DNA of 64,000 nt from Squalus acanthias (taxonomy: Eukaryota): contig CM059452.1 in the NCBI GenBank assembly GCA_030390025.1, positions 16,678,001 through 16,742,000 on the forward strand, given 5' to 3'. Positions 48,751-62,094 of the stretch are shown piece by piece. The notes below the pieces were generated by a model. That model had not been told where the DNA came from and made no database searches. It worked only from the letters and a program-made list of their open reading frames with translations. The first letter of the stretch is position 1, and each line of letters starts with the position of its first letter. Made by a program: the position numbers and the translations under genes.

Positions 48751-50858
48751 CCTGATCTATGGTAACTGCGCCTGGGATCAATCTGGTGACGACAAGATAG
48801 GACTTGTCTGCGATGCCCTCGCGGTACAACAGCCTGCTGATACTCATTGTGAACGATGACTCACGCCGCATATTCCATTGGCTGAGGTACCAGAGGGCGA
48901 CTGACAGATCTCATACAGCAGTGAGGAAAGGAGAGGATACATTAGGGCCAATACTGCTGTTAGGCGTAGTCACAGACACTTAATACTCGAGATCCTCCGA
49001 TTGCTAAGCAGCTGTTCACTGTAATTCGCGAGCCATGTGCACTAAGAAGCCCCTGTGTTCCGTCGCCGGACTTTGCTGAGTGAACTGATCTCAACTAGTG
49101 GCTTTTTGGAAGTTGCAGTGGCCTAGGCACATCCGGGTCACTGAGGAGACACCCGTTATTTTCTCTTCCTCCTATCTGAGGAGGGCTGGTGGAAGTCGGC
49201 GTGTTGGCACCTGTGCTGAGCGCACGACTGGACGGGGCTCTTCCTGCGGATCCACTAAGAATGGCCGCTTGAGAGAGATACTCAAGGCGACGTACCTCAG
49301 TGGGGCCTGTACCGGATAACAGTAAAACCAGGCATGTAATGAGCACCTTTAAGCGCCTTGTGCCGCTTCACAGAGTTGTAAGGAAAGCGACAGGAAATGA
49401 ATGTAAAGTTGCCCATTGTCTTTATTTTAGAAGACTGCGGTGAAGATTTCAGTGTTGAAATCAGCCCATTTCCTACACGTGAATATTCTGCTGTTGATTG
49501 CTTCAAATTAGCTCCGTGTTGAAACTCAGTTTACTGTTTAAACTTGTGAAGATGATTGATTTTATTACACTCAGTCATCTGACATTCTCATTAATTCTCA
49601 CCCTTCTAACATTTTGATTTACTGCCAAAGGATGGTAATCTTGGGTAATGAAGATATCGCCAAACCCCTTCAAAAGGAGTGATCTTGTAACATACAGTGT
49701 GAAATATGTCCCACTGTTTTATGAAGGAGTGGTAACTCAACGCATTTCAATCAGGGATCCTAGTAGAAAAGTACATGTTCATAATGAGAGTCTGGGAGGG
49801 GAGAAAATGGAAGTGATTATAATCAGTCCGGCAACATTTTCTACAACACTCCCCTACGGAGCATTGGCATCATTGGGAGAAATGGACCAATTTTACTGTA
49901 AGATTAGGAAACAAAGTTACAATGTTGGGCTTGTGCAATTGACACGTCACTTTGGTTGACTCTGGGGGTGTTGGGAATTTCAGAGCTGACGCCCTGGGGA
50001 ATATAATGAAGGCGGCTGCTATCATTTTAAGAGTAATACATTGAGCTTTTAGTCAGTACTTTAAAACTGAAGGCATGTTTTCCAATTTCTGGTAGTAAAT
50101 CGCTTTCAGTTTTCAAGGTAAGGATATCAGAGAAGACCTTACCACTGTCACTAATGTCAATATTGAGCACTTCCGATCAGGTATCTCATGGTAAAGCTAT
50201 AGACTGTCTCACTTTACACTCTTCAAACAATGGTGTCTTGAACCTCAACCTTCACAAGAGCGCTCCTTCCTAGCCCTGAGTGGCAGTTCCTATATTATTT
50301 CTAAACACATTCCACTCTCTAAGTGAAACAGCGAAATCGGTGTCAAATGATGCAGAACATCTGCAGATTGATGCTGATGCTGAGGGCACGTTTCCGTTCA
50401 TTGGTCAGACCTGGACAAGCTCATTTCAGACCCAACCTTTAGGACTGGAATACAGAGGACTTTAAGTCACTTTAGATGAGCTGTATTGGAACCCGCCAGA
50501 TACAGACCACAGGCGCAGCGTTTGGCCTCCAGCATCAGTCAGTCTGATGGGTGAAGATTTGCAACACGGGAGCGGGGACTATTAGCCCCCATTAAATCCC
50601 AGGCAGCGCAATGCTCGAGCTGTGGAATAAATGATCGGAAATATTATCGAGGACATCATCCAAAGAAGCCAGAGGGACGAAATCAACGAGAGCAGAAGGG
50701 TGGTGTACCATCTTATTAGCTAAGCAAAAATAACCAGAGAAAAGTCATAATTTACTAAAGTAAGTGGAATTATTTAACATCTCTGTGTGTGTGTTACATT
50801 TGTTGGTACCCGTGGTTTCAACATGACAGTTTGAAATAACCACTCCCTCTTTTTCCAG

Positions 50859-51179
50859 GTGATTGTCACGAGGCAGACATTTCTGTCAAGATACTGAACC
50901 CTCCCTTTGAAGAGATCTGGACCCAACGGACAGCGACCATTGTTTGTGAAGTTGTTTACAGCGATTTAGAGAACGTCAGCGTGTCCTGGCAAGTGGATGG
51001 GAGTCGGAGAACGGAAGGAGTCGAGACTCGGACTCCTGAGTGGAGTGGAAGTAAATCCGCCATCGTTAGCAAATTGAAAGTCACCAGGGCAGAGTGGGAG
51101 AGTGGGGTTGAATATCTCTGCTTCGTAGAAGACAGTGCATTGCCAACACCAGTGAAAATCTCCACCAGAAAAGTAAAGG
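50859..51179 (+). CDS. IgNAR: IgNAR C4 exon
   Basis: TTCCAG|GT...AAG G|GTAAGC, 321 nt. Reads GDCHEADISVKILNPPFEEIWTQRTATIVCEVVYSDLENVSVSW...EWESGVEYLCFVEDSALPTPVKISTRKVK. Confidence 0.96.
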
Positions 51180-51599
51180 GTAAGCACAGATAATACTCGT
51201 TCAGAGACTGATTCGGTGACCAATGGTCGGAACGAATCATCCGGTGTCTACATTAAATGCTCATATAGTCAATGAAATATAGTCTGGGATCACCTGCCTT
51301 TCACCACACGGGTAAAGACTAGCATGAAAAATATAAACGGTTTGTAATTGTTGCGTCCCAACAGTGTCAGTGATTTTTAAACATGTGATTGTCTCCAACT
51401 CTTTGCAATCTAACATCAGACCACAATAAAAAAAACAACTTAAGAAGACACCCCTGACCACGCAGAGAAATGTGTAAACTCTCACAGATAGGAGACAAGT
51501 TCAAATGCCCAAGTGTGTACTATTATTAACAGAGGGGATTGGGAAATGAAGATCGGACAAGAGAGAGACTCAGTTTAACAAATATTCTTCTCTTTGCAG

Positions 51600-51982
51600 T
51601 TGGTGAAATGTATCCACCGAAAGTCTACGTCCTGCCTCCATCGGCGGACGAGATTGACACTGAGAATACGGCTACCCTGGTGTGTCTAGCCACCGGATTT
51701 TACCCTGCCGAGATTTACATCGCTTGGATGGCCAATGACACCCTTTTGGATTCAGCTTACCCGAGCCAACCGGACACCGAGAAGACAAACGGTTCCAGCT
51801 CCATTGGCAGCAGGCTGAGACTGACCGCGGCGGAGTGGAACAGCGGCACCACTTACTCCTGTTTAGTGGGACACCCGTCCCTCAAAATGAATTTAATCAG
51901 AAGTATAAATAAATCTCACGGTAAACCTACTTTAGTGAATATTTCACTTGTTCTAACCGACAGTTTTAAATCGTGCGCATAA
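51600..51982 (+). CDS. IgNAR: IgNAR C5 exon plus secretory tailpiece (internal donor after 51920 for the membrane form)
   Basis: TTGCAG|TT. Reads VGEMYPPKVYVLPPS...YSCLVGHPSLKMNLIRSINKSH G|GTAAAC...KPTLVNISLVLTDSFKSCA*. Confidence 0.96.
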
Positions 51983-52309
51983 CCCCCCGTGGTTGAGTAG
52001 CTGATTCCTATCGAAGTGTTACCGCTGTTCTGTTCATTACTGTTTGAGCATCTGAATCAGCGAATCTCCCATTTATCCAACCTCACTGTCACCCTCCAGA
52101 TCAGAGAGCAATTCTTGAGATATTTTGCTAATATATGAAACTATATCAGTTAATGAGGGATAAATATGGTTAGAATCAGAAAACCATGAATAACCTTAGT
52201 ACCATTTAAAAGAAGTTGCAACATTGTTTTAGATCCCTTGAAGGGTTCAGTGACGTTATTGGATAAATAGGAAATGGCGCTTTAGTCTGTATGTGGCTCC
52301 GCTAATTAC

Positions 52310-52315
52310 AATAAA
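52310..52315 (+). terminator. Candidate poly(A) signal for the secretory transcript (second AATAAA at 52578-52583)
   Basis: First AATAAA found downstream of the secretory stop. A GT-rich tract follows at ~52348-52365. Confidence 0.5.
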
Positions 52316-52629
52316 TGCAGAATGAAAACCTTCTGTCTCCCAGAATCTTTGTTTTTGTGCGTGTTATCTCCGCGATGATGATTTACAACTTGATCCAGAT
52401 ATATATGGTGTCCTTGTCTAATCTTGGACCTGTGCAGCACTTTTCCATCCCCTCACTTTTTAGAGACATTACGGGTGATTTGAATCAGACTGCACTAATC
52501 CTCACCATTCTTGGCAGCTTCCAGAACTCCTGTGATTTACAATTGGCCAATGAGCTATCTACTTGTAGAACGGAGTGAATAAAGGTGGACGAACATCCGG
52601 TCACACTTTAGAACGCCAATTAATCACCA

Positions 52630-53700
52630 ATACTGGTGATTGCCTGGTGTCACGCTTACTTATCTAGTGGTAGCCAGAGAATCTCCTGCAAGGGCTTCTC
52701 TTCTGGCTCCCTCACCGTTACCTCTGGAGTCTCCAGAGGATCTATTCTTGGTGCCCTCCTCTTTCTCATCTACATGCTGCCACTCGGTGACATCATCCGA
52801 AATCAGATTCCACATGTACGCTGAAGACACCCAGCTCTTCCTCACCATCACCTCTCTCAATCCTTGCACTGCCTCTGATTTGTGACGCTGTTTGTCCGGC
52901 ATCTCGAATTGGATGAGCAGAAATTTCCTCTAATTAAATATTGGGAAGACCGAAGCCATGTTCTTCGAACCGCGCCACAGACTCCATTTTCCAGCCACCG
53001 ACTCCATCCGACTCCCTTTTACTACAATTTTATGAGGCTGAACCAGACTGTTTGCATCTTTGGCATCATAACTGACCCTGATCTGAACTTCCGACCATAT
53101 ATGCACTCCGTCACCATGACCACCTACTTCCACCTCAGTAATAGCGCCTGTCTGTGTCCCGTGTCGCAGCTCACCTACTGCTCAAACACTGTGTGACGTC
53201 CAGACTCGACTATTCCAATGTTCTCCTGGCTGGCCTCCCATCTTTTACCCTCTGTAAGCTTGAGCTCATCTAAAACTATGCTGCCCATATCCTAAATCGC
53301 AACAAGTCCAATTCAGACATCACCCATCTGCTCGCTGACCTACATTGGCTCCTGGTCCGTCAACGCATCAGTGGTAGAATTCTTATCCTTGTTTTCATAT
53401 CCCTCCATGGCCTCGCCCCTCCGTATCTCTGTAAGCTCCGCCAGTCCTAATATCCTCAGATATCCTTGCGTTCCTCCAATTCTGGCATTTTGTGGATCCC
53501 TGATATCCATCACATACCATTGGCATGCGCGCCTTCATCTGCCTCCTCACAGCCTACCTCTTTGACCAAGCTTTTGGTCATCTGCTATAACATCTCCTTA
53601 TTTGGCTTTGTGTCAAATTATGTTTGATGACGCTCCTGTGAAGCGCCTTGGGACGATTTGCACCGTTAAGGATGCTCTATGAATGCAACTTGATGTTGTT
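52630..53700 (+). mobile_element. L2-like LINE fragment
   Basis: Encodes SGVSRGSILGALLFLIYMLPLG...FHMYAEDTQLF...SRLDYSNVLLAGLP. 3' end AAGCGCCTTGGGACG...ATGAATGCAAC. Confidence 0.88.
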
Positions 53701-53779
53701 GTATTGGACTATCCATCTGCAGTTTCCAATGGTTTCATTTCCAAGGTATGTCTGGACTTTGAAAGTATCTCTTGTCAAT

Positions 53780-54210
53780 TTAGTGTCAGCTTGGTTCATT
53801 GGCAGCTGCCTGGCTTCTGAATCAGAAGGTTCTGAGTTCAAGCTCCTCTCCAGGACTTCGACCCACAATCGTGGCTGACAATCCAGTGCAACGATCACGG
53901 GGTTGCTCCATTGTCAAAGGTGCACAGTTCCGGATGAGAAACTTCTCCCAGGCCTCGTCCAACTGTTCAGTTGGATGTTAAAGATCCAATGGGAGTACTG
54001 AAGGAGCAGCGAGCTCTCCTGGAGTCCGGCCCTATGTTCTGTTACTTGTTAGACTAACTTCCCATTTACCTCAGTACTGCTTTTCGGGCCTTGCTCTGGG
54101 TAAATTGTCTGTGGAGTTGTTGATCAAACACTTTAAACAGTAACTATTTGGCTGTGAAGCTTTTGGGACCTCCTGAAGCCCTGAAAGGCGATCTGTGAAG
54201 TGGAATCTAC
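53780..54210 (+). mobile_element. Degraded DeuSINE-type SINE
   Basis: Head TAGTGTCAGCTTGGTTCATTGG...CTGAATCAGAAGGTT matches 35845. Core CGGATGAGA...TAAAGATCC. Confidence 0.7.
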
Positions 54211-54560
54211 CTTCTTATCGTGATCAGTTAAATCACAGGTCAGGGAGAAGCACAGATTCGGCCAGCTTATCGAATGGGAAGCTGAGCCACATAGACCAAG
54301 AATATTCTAAGCGGATCTAAGTGAGTCAGCTGATCCGAACCTGACCTCAATGGTGGCGCTGCATTTTCTTCCCAAGGGTAAAATAAGCCGTTATTTAGTG
54401 TGTTCTCTTGCAACTACATAAGCATAGGCCCGTGCACATAGAACCCCACATTCTGAACTCTTGTGGAATCAATAACACAGCGTATCATATGGTGGCTCGA
54501 ATATTCTGCAATATAACCACAGTATGTGCATTTTCCCCGTGCTTTATGGCGATGGGAGTC

Positions 54561-55294
54561 TGCCCGCAATTTGCGGGGGGTTATAACAGCAAACTGTCAG
54601 CGTTCGCCGGCAGCACCGCTCTGAAACTGACCGTAGAATCAGGATTTAGCGCATGCGCATCTAAACGTGGAAATGCTGAAGTTGTGGTCAGTCATTCACT
54701 GCTCGGACACTGGCTGCGCTGAAGAGCTCCCCAAAGCAAGCAATTTGTGTAATCAGTGAAACTGACAAAAATGATGACCTTTTCCGCGGTAATATCGCTT
54801 TTACGCACCACATTAAATGTTAAACCTTTTTGGAATATGTGTAACTGGGGGTTTAATAGATTATTGACTGCTAAACAACCGTTCTGACCCTGAAAAAGTA
54901 TTTTTGTTACATTTGTGGAGTGTCACATTTCTCCATTATGATAAAAATGACACGTTTTTAAAAACGTTTTAAAAAATTAAAGATTTGTCATGATATTTCA
55001 GCTTCTACCTTATCCCCATGTGAGACTGCCAATCTTTATTTCGGTCTCTGTAACATTTTTACAAAAGTCCGGATAAAAGCAGCTTCTCTTTTCCTGTTTG
55101 CTGACTGTGAGATTTCTTCAATGTGATTGGCTGCTCAGACACATTGTTGACGTCACTGCTGCAGCGTTTCACTTGTGATCCCCTATTCACGGCACTGCAA
55201 TCAAATGCAGGGCGAAAAAGGCAAACTTCTCGCAGCTTTCTTCGGAGCTAACAGCGAACACATTGGCTTCGCTGCTGACCGCAATTTTCGGGCC
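54561..55294. mobile_element. Probable non-autonomous DNA transposon with imperfect TIRs
   Basis: Left end TGCCCGCAATTTGCGG vs reverse complement of right end GGCCCGAAAATTGCGG (13/16). AT-rich interior. Contains GCGCATGCGCA. Confidence 0.45.
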
Positions 55295-56090
55295 ATTAAT
55301 AACAATCGATAAAGCAGAGAATTGTAGAAGTGATATATCTCGTCAGTAATCCGAAACCTAACAGTATGGGAGCGGCAGCATCGTGAGTCACAACTAAATG
55401 TAATGACAGTGAGGCGAGTCTAACGCTCTGTGTAGATGATAATGTAAAATAGTGCCACTTCAACCGATTGAAATCCTATCACAAAACTTGTGTATATTTG
55501 CGAGTAACGTTTTATTACTAAATATCAATGTGTTTCCACAGTCCAACATAAACTGCGCTGATCAGACACAGTTGAATCTATAGCCCGAAATGTGACAGAG
55601 TCCCCATTTTACTGCCGATCTCTTATATCAGTTTAGCAGGTGAACCGCAAGGGATTTAATCCTATAATCAGTCCACCCTTCTGTTTAGAGTGGCGTCGAG
55701 TTTCACTATTTTAAATAGATTTTCATTAATTTTTGTTGTTATCAGCTGCCAAAAGAAAAAAAATACATTAATCAAACGCGCTTGTCAGCGTCATGAAGCT
55801 TTAAGGTAAAAAGGTTGGTTATATGTGCGGTATAAACTCAATCCTCCGTCCTGTGTACTCTGTCTGACCGCGACTGTCACCACACAACAAGCATCTCCTC
55901 AGTCTCCTGAAAATCACTTTCATCCACATCGAGCTGGTTAATGAAAGAACTACATGTTCACGTTCTATAAGTTCAACTTCTAACGCATCATGTCCGAGCG
56001 TCTGCCGGTTTCGTGTTATTACACCGCCTTTGTGTCTATTCTGTTTTCAACATGAACACATTTATAACAATATCCATCTATTGATTCCAG

Positions 56091-56248
56091 AAACTCCACC
56101 AATAAGTGAAGAGCCAGATGACCACGAGGTCGAGGAAGGAGGATTAGAAAACTTAGATGAGAATGCCGGCACTACAGCAACAGTGGTCGCTCTCGTGATC
56201 CTGTTTATTCTCAGTATCCTGTACAGCACATTTGTAACCGTCATTAAG
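56091..56248 (+). CDS. IgNAR: IgNAR transmembrane exon 1 (acidic spacer + TM helix)
   Basis: TTCCAG|AA...AAG|GTAATG. Reads ETPPISEEPDDHEVEEGGLENLDENAGTTATVVALVILFILSILYSTFVTVIK, with the conserved Ig TM motif LFxLSxxYSTxVT. Phase matches the C5 donor at 51920. Confidence 0.93.
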
Positions 56249-57114
56249 GTAATGCCGACCTTCAATAGCACAGTGACACTGTAAAAATTCATTTGAAACT
56301 TGAGTTTATTCTTTAGATATAGTTAAGGTGCTAATGATGAACTAAATATTCCAATATCAGCATTAATCCTATCGTCCCCACAGTATCAGATTGTACTTCA
56401 TTATTCGTTCCCATGTGATTAACTGTCACATTTAATAAGCCTGCTGAATATGATGACTTAACAGAGGAAGGCATGCATATGAGTATTAATGGGACATATA
56501 AGAAGCAGATATATATATATTTCAAAAATGGAATGTATTACATTGCTCCTAGATTTAGGGCCGGTAGAAGCACAGTGAAAAGGACAGCGATTTATCAAAT
56601 GATTACGAGTAATAACCCATACATTTTTAGCGACATGGTGATAAACAAGCTTCCTGGGAATAGTGAGCATAACAGGTTTGAGAGAGAGAGAGAGAGAGAA
56701 ATGTTCTGCACGTAAACCTGGATCACTGTGAAGATACGAGGAAAGCATTAACTACGGAAGGATGGGCGAACATTTCAGTTGGTAAATCGATGAACAAATA
56801 GTGCAATTTATTCAAGAAGCTGATCAGCGCACACAAAAGTACACAATCCCCAAAATAGAAATTCTAATTGAATGAGTAAATTATGTTGAAAGAGAACAGT
56901 TAGGGCCAGGATTAAACCAAAGCGGGAAGGTTATGTCAAGGCGAAGAAAATGGTAAGTTTGACAGCTGGGAGTATTGTAAAAAACATAGTGACAAGACAT
57001 AATGAAATTAAAAAATGCAACGTTCGGTACGAAACAATTATAGGGACATGAAGGATAACATCAAATGTTTTACAGGTACATAAAGAGAAAGAGAACGTGC
57101 AGGTGAGGTTGTTG

Positions 57115-59545
57115 CATAGGAACATGGGAAGGCCATTCAGCTGCACGGGCCTGATCCGCCGCTCAGTTAGACCATGGCTGATCTGTAACGTACCTAATGA
57201 TAAACACCTTGGTTTCACGTCTTGTAATAAAATGACCTAACATAAATCTATCAATCTCAGTTTTGAAATGTTCAATTGACCCCCAGCCTCAACAGCTTTT
57301 TGGGGTAGAAAGTTCCAGATTTCCCGTACCCTTTGTGTGGTGAAGTGCTTCCTGACATCGCCCTGAACGGACCAGCTCTGATGTTATCTTCATTCCACCT
57401 TGTTCTGGTGTCGCCCGTCAGTGGAATTAGTTTCTCTCTATCTACCCTTTAAATCCCTTTACTCACCAGAAACACCTAAATCACCCCTTAATCTTCTCTA
57501 TCCAACGGAACACAACGCTAATCTAAGGAACATGCCCTTCTAATTTTAACCCTTTTAGTACCGGTATCATTCTGGTGAATCTGCGCTGCACCGTCTCCAC
57601 GGCCAATATATCCTCCTGGGCTGCGGTGCTCAGAACTGACCGCAGGAACCGAAGCTTTAGACAACTATAGCATAACTTCCACCCCTTTGTATGCCAGCCC
57701 CACTGAGATAAAGGCTAATATTTAGAAAGACAGGGATTATTCAAGGTTGGCCAGCACTGATTTGTCAAGGGAAGGTCGTGTCTGACAAACTTGATAGATT
57801 TTTTTCAGGAGGTAACAAGCAGGGTCGATGAGGGTAGTGCGTTTAATGCAGTGTATATGGACTTTAGCAAGGCTTTTGATAAGGTTTCACATGGCAGACT
57901 GGCCACGAAGTGAAAAGCCCATGGGATCCAGGGCAAAGTGTCAAGTTGGATTCAAAACTGGCTCGGAGACAGGAAGCAGAGGGTAATGGTTGATGGGTGT
58001 TTTTTGTGATTGGAAGGCTGTTTCCAGTGGGGTTCCGCAGCGCTCAGTACTAGGTAACTTGCTTTTTCTGGTATATATCAATGATCGAGACTTGAATATA
58101 GGGGGTATGATTAAGAAGTTTTCAGATGATACTAAAATCGGTTGTGTGGTTGATACTGAAGAAGGAAGCTGTAGACTGCAGGAAGATATGAATAAATTGG
58201 TCAGGTGAGCAGAACAGCGGCAAATGGAATTCAATCCGGCGAAGTGTGAATTAATGCATTTGGGGAGGGCTAACAAGGAAAGGGAATACACATTAAATGG
58301 TAGGACATTGAGTAATGTAGAGGAACAAAGGGACCTTGGAGAGCATGTCCACAGATCACTGAAGGTAGCAGGCCAAGTAGATAAGGTGGTGAAGAAGGCA
58401 TACGGAATGCTTGCCTTTATTAGCCGTGGCATAGAATACAAGCGCAGGGGGGTTATGATTCAACTGTATGAAACATTAGTTAGACCTCAGCTAGAGTACT
58501 GCGTGCTGTTCTGGTCACCACATTACAGGAAAGATGTGATTGCACGAGAGAGGGTACAGAGGAGATTTACAAGGATGTTGCCGGGAATAGAGAATCTTAG
58601 CTATGAGGAAAGATTGGATAGGCTGGGTCTGTTTTCCTTGGAACAAAGGAGGCTGAGGGGAGACGTTATTGAGTTGTTTAATACTATGAGGGGTATAGAT
58701 AAAGTGGATAGAAAGGACCTAATTACCGTAGCAGAGGGATCAAAAACCAGAGGGCACAGATTGAAAGTAATTTGTGGAAGGTTTAGAGGGGATTTGAGAG
58801 GACATTTCTTCACCCAGAAGGTTGTGGGGATCTGGAACTCACTGCCTGAAAGGGTGGTAGAGGCAGGAACCCTAACCACATTTAAAAAGTACTTGGATGT
58901 GCAATTGGGATGCTCTAACCTGCAGGGCAACGGAACAAGAGCTGGGAAGTGGGATTAGGCTGGATAGCTCTTTGTTGGCCGGCGCGGACACGATGGGCCG
59001 AAATGGCCGCCTTCCGTGCTGTAACTTTCTATGATTCTATGATTTCATTAGTGCATTTAATTATCTTTTGTGCCTGTCCACTAGCTTTCAGTGATCTCTG
59101 TAATTGGATACCTGAACCTCTCTGCTCCTCCGCAGTTCCCAACTTCTCGCCATTTACAATAAAACTCTGATCTAATTTCCTTAGCTTCAAACTGGATGAC
59201 CTCACACTTTCCAACACGGAACTTCATCTGCCATAGTTTTCCCCACTCATTGAAGTAATCAAATTCCCTTTGCAACTTTCTGTTCCCACCGACACTACTT
59301 ACTCTGCCACCTATAATAGTGCGTCAGCCATCTTGGATATACGGCTCTCGAATCCGTCATCTAAGTCGTTGAAATATATAGTGAAACACTGCGGTCGCAA
59401 TGCAAATCCCTGGGGGACACCACTCGCCACAATCTGCCAAATGGAGCACATTCCCATTATTCCTACTCCCTGTCTCTGACCTCCTTTCCCATTCCCCATC
59501 CAAGTCAATAGGTTGCCTCCAATTCTATGCACTCTCATTTTCATT
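57115..59545. mobile_element. Nested CR1s: minus-strand host (57115-57722 and 59043-59545) split by a plus-strand CR1 (57722-59042)
   Basis: Plus ORFs 57990-58208 and 58224-58958 (244 aa). Host sequence GATAAAGGCTAATATT resumes as TCATTAG after the (TTCTATGA)n tail of the insert. Confidence 0.9.
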
Positions 59546-61759
59546 TAAAGAAGATTGAGGTTCGACAATAATGGAGGATAAGGACAACGAAAAACAAAAA
59601 CCAAAGTATATGTTGCTACAGCTTTCAAATGAAAATGGACAACACATAACCTAAAGCTACTTGGAGCACTATTTAGTAGAAAATTGCATTTAATGCCAAA
59701 ACAACACGACCAAAGATGAACTATTGGAATTGAAACCAGTCAAAATCTACAGACGAAGACGGGTTTACCCGAACGCATTAAAATATCTAGATCTGTGCAC
59801 TGGCTATTTATTAGTTACAGCCTCCCGAGGATCGCTGGATGCAGGAGTCATTTCAGGGAAGAGAGAGACAGTAACCGTTGCACTTTTAGTCAAAAATACA
59901 TCTAACTAATGGCCAGTGAGGAACTTTGAGCAAGGACATTGAGCACTGGGAAAGGATAAGCTGATTAAGAAGAGTCACCAAGGCTTTATGTATCTAACCT
60001 GATAGAGTTTTCTCTTAGAGCCACTGCAGTGGCCGACAGGGAGAGTTTGTGAATGTCAGAAACATGGATTTCCATGAGACAATAATTAATATTTCCGACA
60101 GATATTACTGAAAAGGTTAAAGCACGTGGAACTGACAACAACCTCGTGTGATTGATAGGAAAATGGATTTATTTGTAGGAGTTAGAAAATTGGGATAGAT
60201 GAGGGCATTTCTAACTCTTACAAAGCAAACCAATTCGAATGTGTGGAATCATGAGCGCCATCTCTGGGGAATCTGGAGGAACCCGACCACCAATAATCTA
60301 GCACGGCATAATAATTTTATTGTTAGATATTTAATATATGAAAAATCGTACGATTTTCTGCAGTTCCTGTATGAGCTATTTTTAAATGTTCAATTTCGAT
60401 GCCCACCTTAATAACTGAAACTACCTATGTAAACTGGGGAGGCTGAAATGACACCCTTCAGTCATTGGATATTCTATATGTCTCGTCTCTCACGGATACT
60501 CAGCCTAAACTGCAGATAAACACCAAACAATCATAGATCTCTGCTCCTCAGATTGTTGTTAGTTCGTTTCAATCTAACTATGAATAATATGACATAATAT
60601 CAAAGTATTATAGAAACCCAAGGAAAGTCTGTATGCATTAGAATGGAGACTGGAATGTATTAGCGGGCTTTTGTCCAATTATCCCTGTCGTTTAGAATAG
60701 AGGCTTAACTCATAGATTACATTTCAGTTTAACTTCTTCTGTGCAATGCGATTGCAGTGTAAAAACTGCATACAGAGAGAGATATCAAATTAGGAACAAT
60801 TACGCCATAAAATGTGAATTGTANNNNNNNNNNNNNNNNNNNNNNNNNNNNNNNNNNNNNNNNNNNNNNNNNNNNNNNNNNNNNNNNNNNNNNNNNNNNN
60901 NNNNNNNNNNNNNNNNNNNNNNNNNNNNNNNNNNNNNNNNNNNNNNNNNNNNNNNNNNNNNNNNNNNNNNNNNNNNNNNNNNNNNNNNNNNNNNNNNNNN
61001 NNNNNNNNNNNNNNNNNNNNNNNNNNNNNNNNNNNNNNNNNNNNNNNNNNNNNNNNNNNNNNNNNNNNTTTTAATTGATAATTTGTCATTTAATCTCTCC
61101 TGCCTTCCACCCTATCACAGGCCTTTCCTTTGTGCTTTCCTCCCCTCCTCCCTTTCCCTGTCCCAGACTTGCTTAAAAATCAGTTACTTCTCCAATTTTG
61201 CCAGTTCTGACTATGGGTCATCGGCCTGAAACGTTAACTTTGTAGGTTTTGCCATTGAGCTATAATACTGCTATGTAAAATCAAAGTATTATCTGAAACT
61301 TAGGACACGGTGTATGACGTTAAAATAGGAAATGAATGCACTTACTCATAATGTGAGAAGTATACATCTAAACACTTCACCTGAACATTAAGGTGCAGGT
61401 GGGATTATATACAAGATTACTGAGAATGCAAACCAACGGAGTACAATAGACTGTGAACAGGCCAGCATATTGCAAAAGAAGATATATGCATTAAGCATTG
61501 TGGATAGATGTATGACTGATACTGTTCACTGCAACAACGTGTGAGGTTGACACTTTGCGTGTAAGAATGGTAGTTGGGAATAATGTGGAAATGGCGAAGT
61601 TCTGGGGAGACATACATGAAAAGCGATGTCGTTGTCCACGTCAATATGTCTCTGAAAGCTAACGGGTGATGAAAAGGACTAATGGGTTTCCGGGTTTCAG
61701 ATCAAGAGGTACGGAATAAACAGCAAGTTAAACAAAGAGCCAATCACACCTCTTTTGGA

Positions 61760-62090
61760 ATGGCCCGGATTTTCCGTGGCCGCGGTGCGTACACGGCCGT
61801 AAGTGTCTCACAAGTTCCGAGTTTACGCACGGGCTGCGCATGCGCGGAAACCCGGGACTTGCGATCTGCCAAGAATCTTTTTGGCAGATCTTCCGCATCC
61901 CCGGGAAATGGACATTCGCTGTCGGAGATTTGAGTCATTTGTCCATCTCTTGCCCAGCGAATTCCCATGAAACTCTTACACCTGGTAAAAACAGGCAAAA
62001 GGCATTGTTTTCCCAGCGTAAGGGTGAAAATATATACTAAAATAACGTTTTAAAATCAATTTAACATTCAAAAACCTGTAAAATAAGTTT
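61760..62090. mobile_element. Multi-hairpin element, same family as 24067-24840
   Basis: Shared blocks AAGTTCCG...GCGCATGCGCG...GACTTG and CTTACA.CTGGTAAAA...CCAGCGTA. Confidence 0.55.
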
Positions 62091-62094
62091 GTGT

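Larger units (their letters stand above)
33525..56248 (+). pseudogene. IgNAR: IgNAR germline cluster L-V-D-D-J-C1-C2-C3-C4-C5-sec/TM with two 1-nt deletions (pseudogene as assembled)
   Basis: All exons located with GT/AG phase-1 boundaries. Frameshifts at ~33806 (V CDR1) and ~46570 (C3). The IgNAR identity is near-certain; the confidence value refers to pseudogene status. Confidence 0.6.

Noticed and set aside
56269-56600. Perfect CACAGTG heptamers at ~56269 and ~56570
   Set aside because: No nonamer at the proper spacing; expected by chance.
61232-61280. TTTGTAG|GTT as a candidate TM2 acceptor
   Set aside because: Lies at the end of what looks like a retroelement remnant and does not give the expected very short basic tail.
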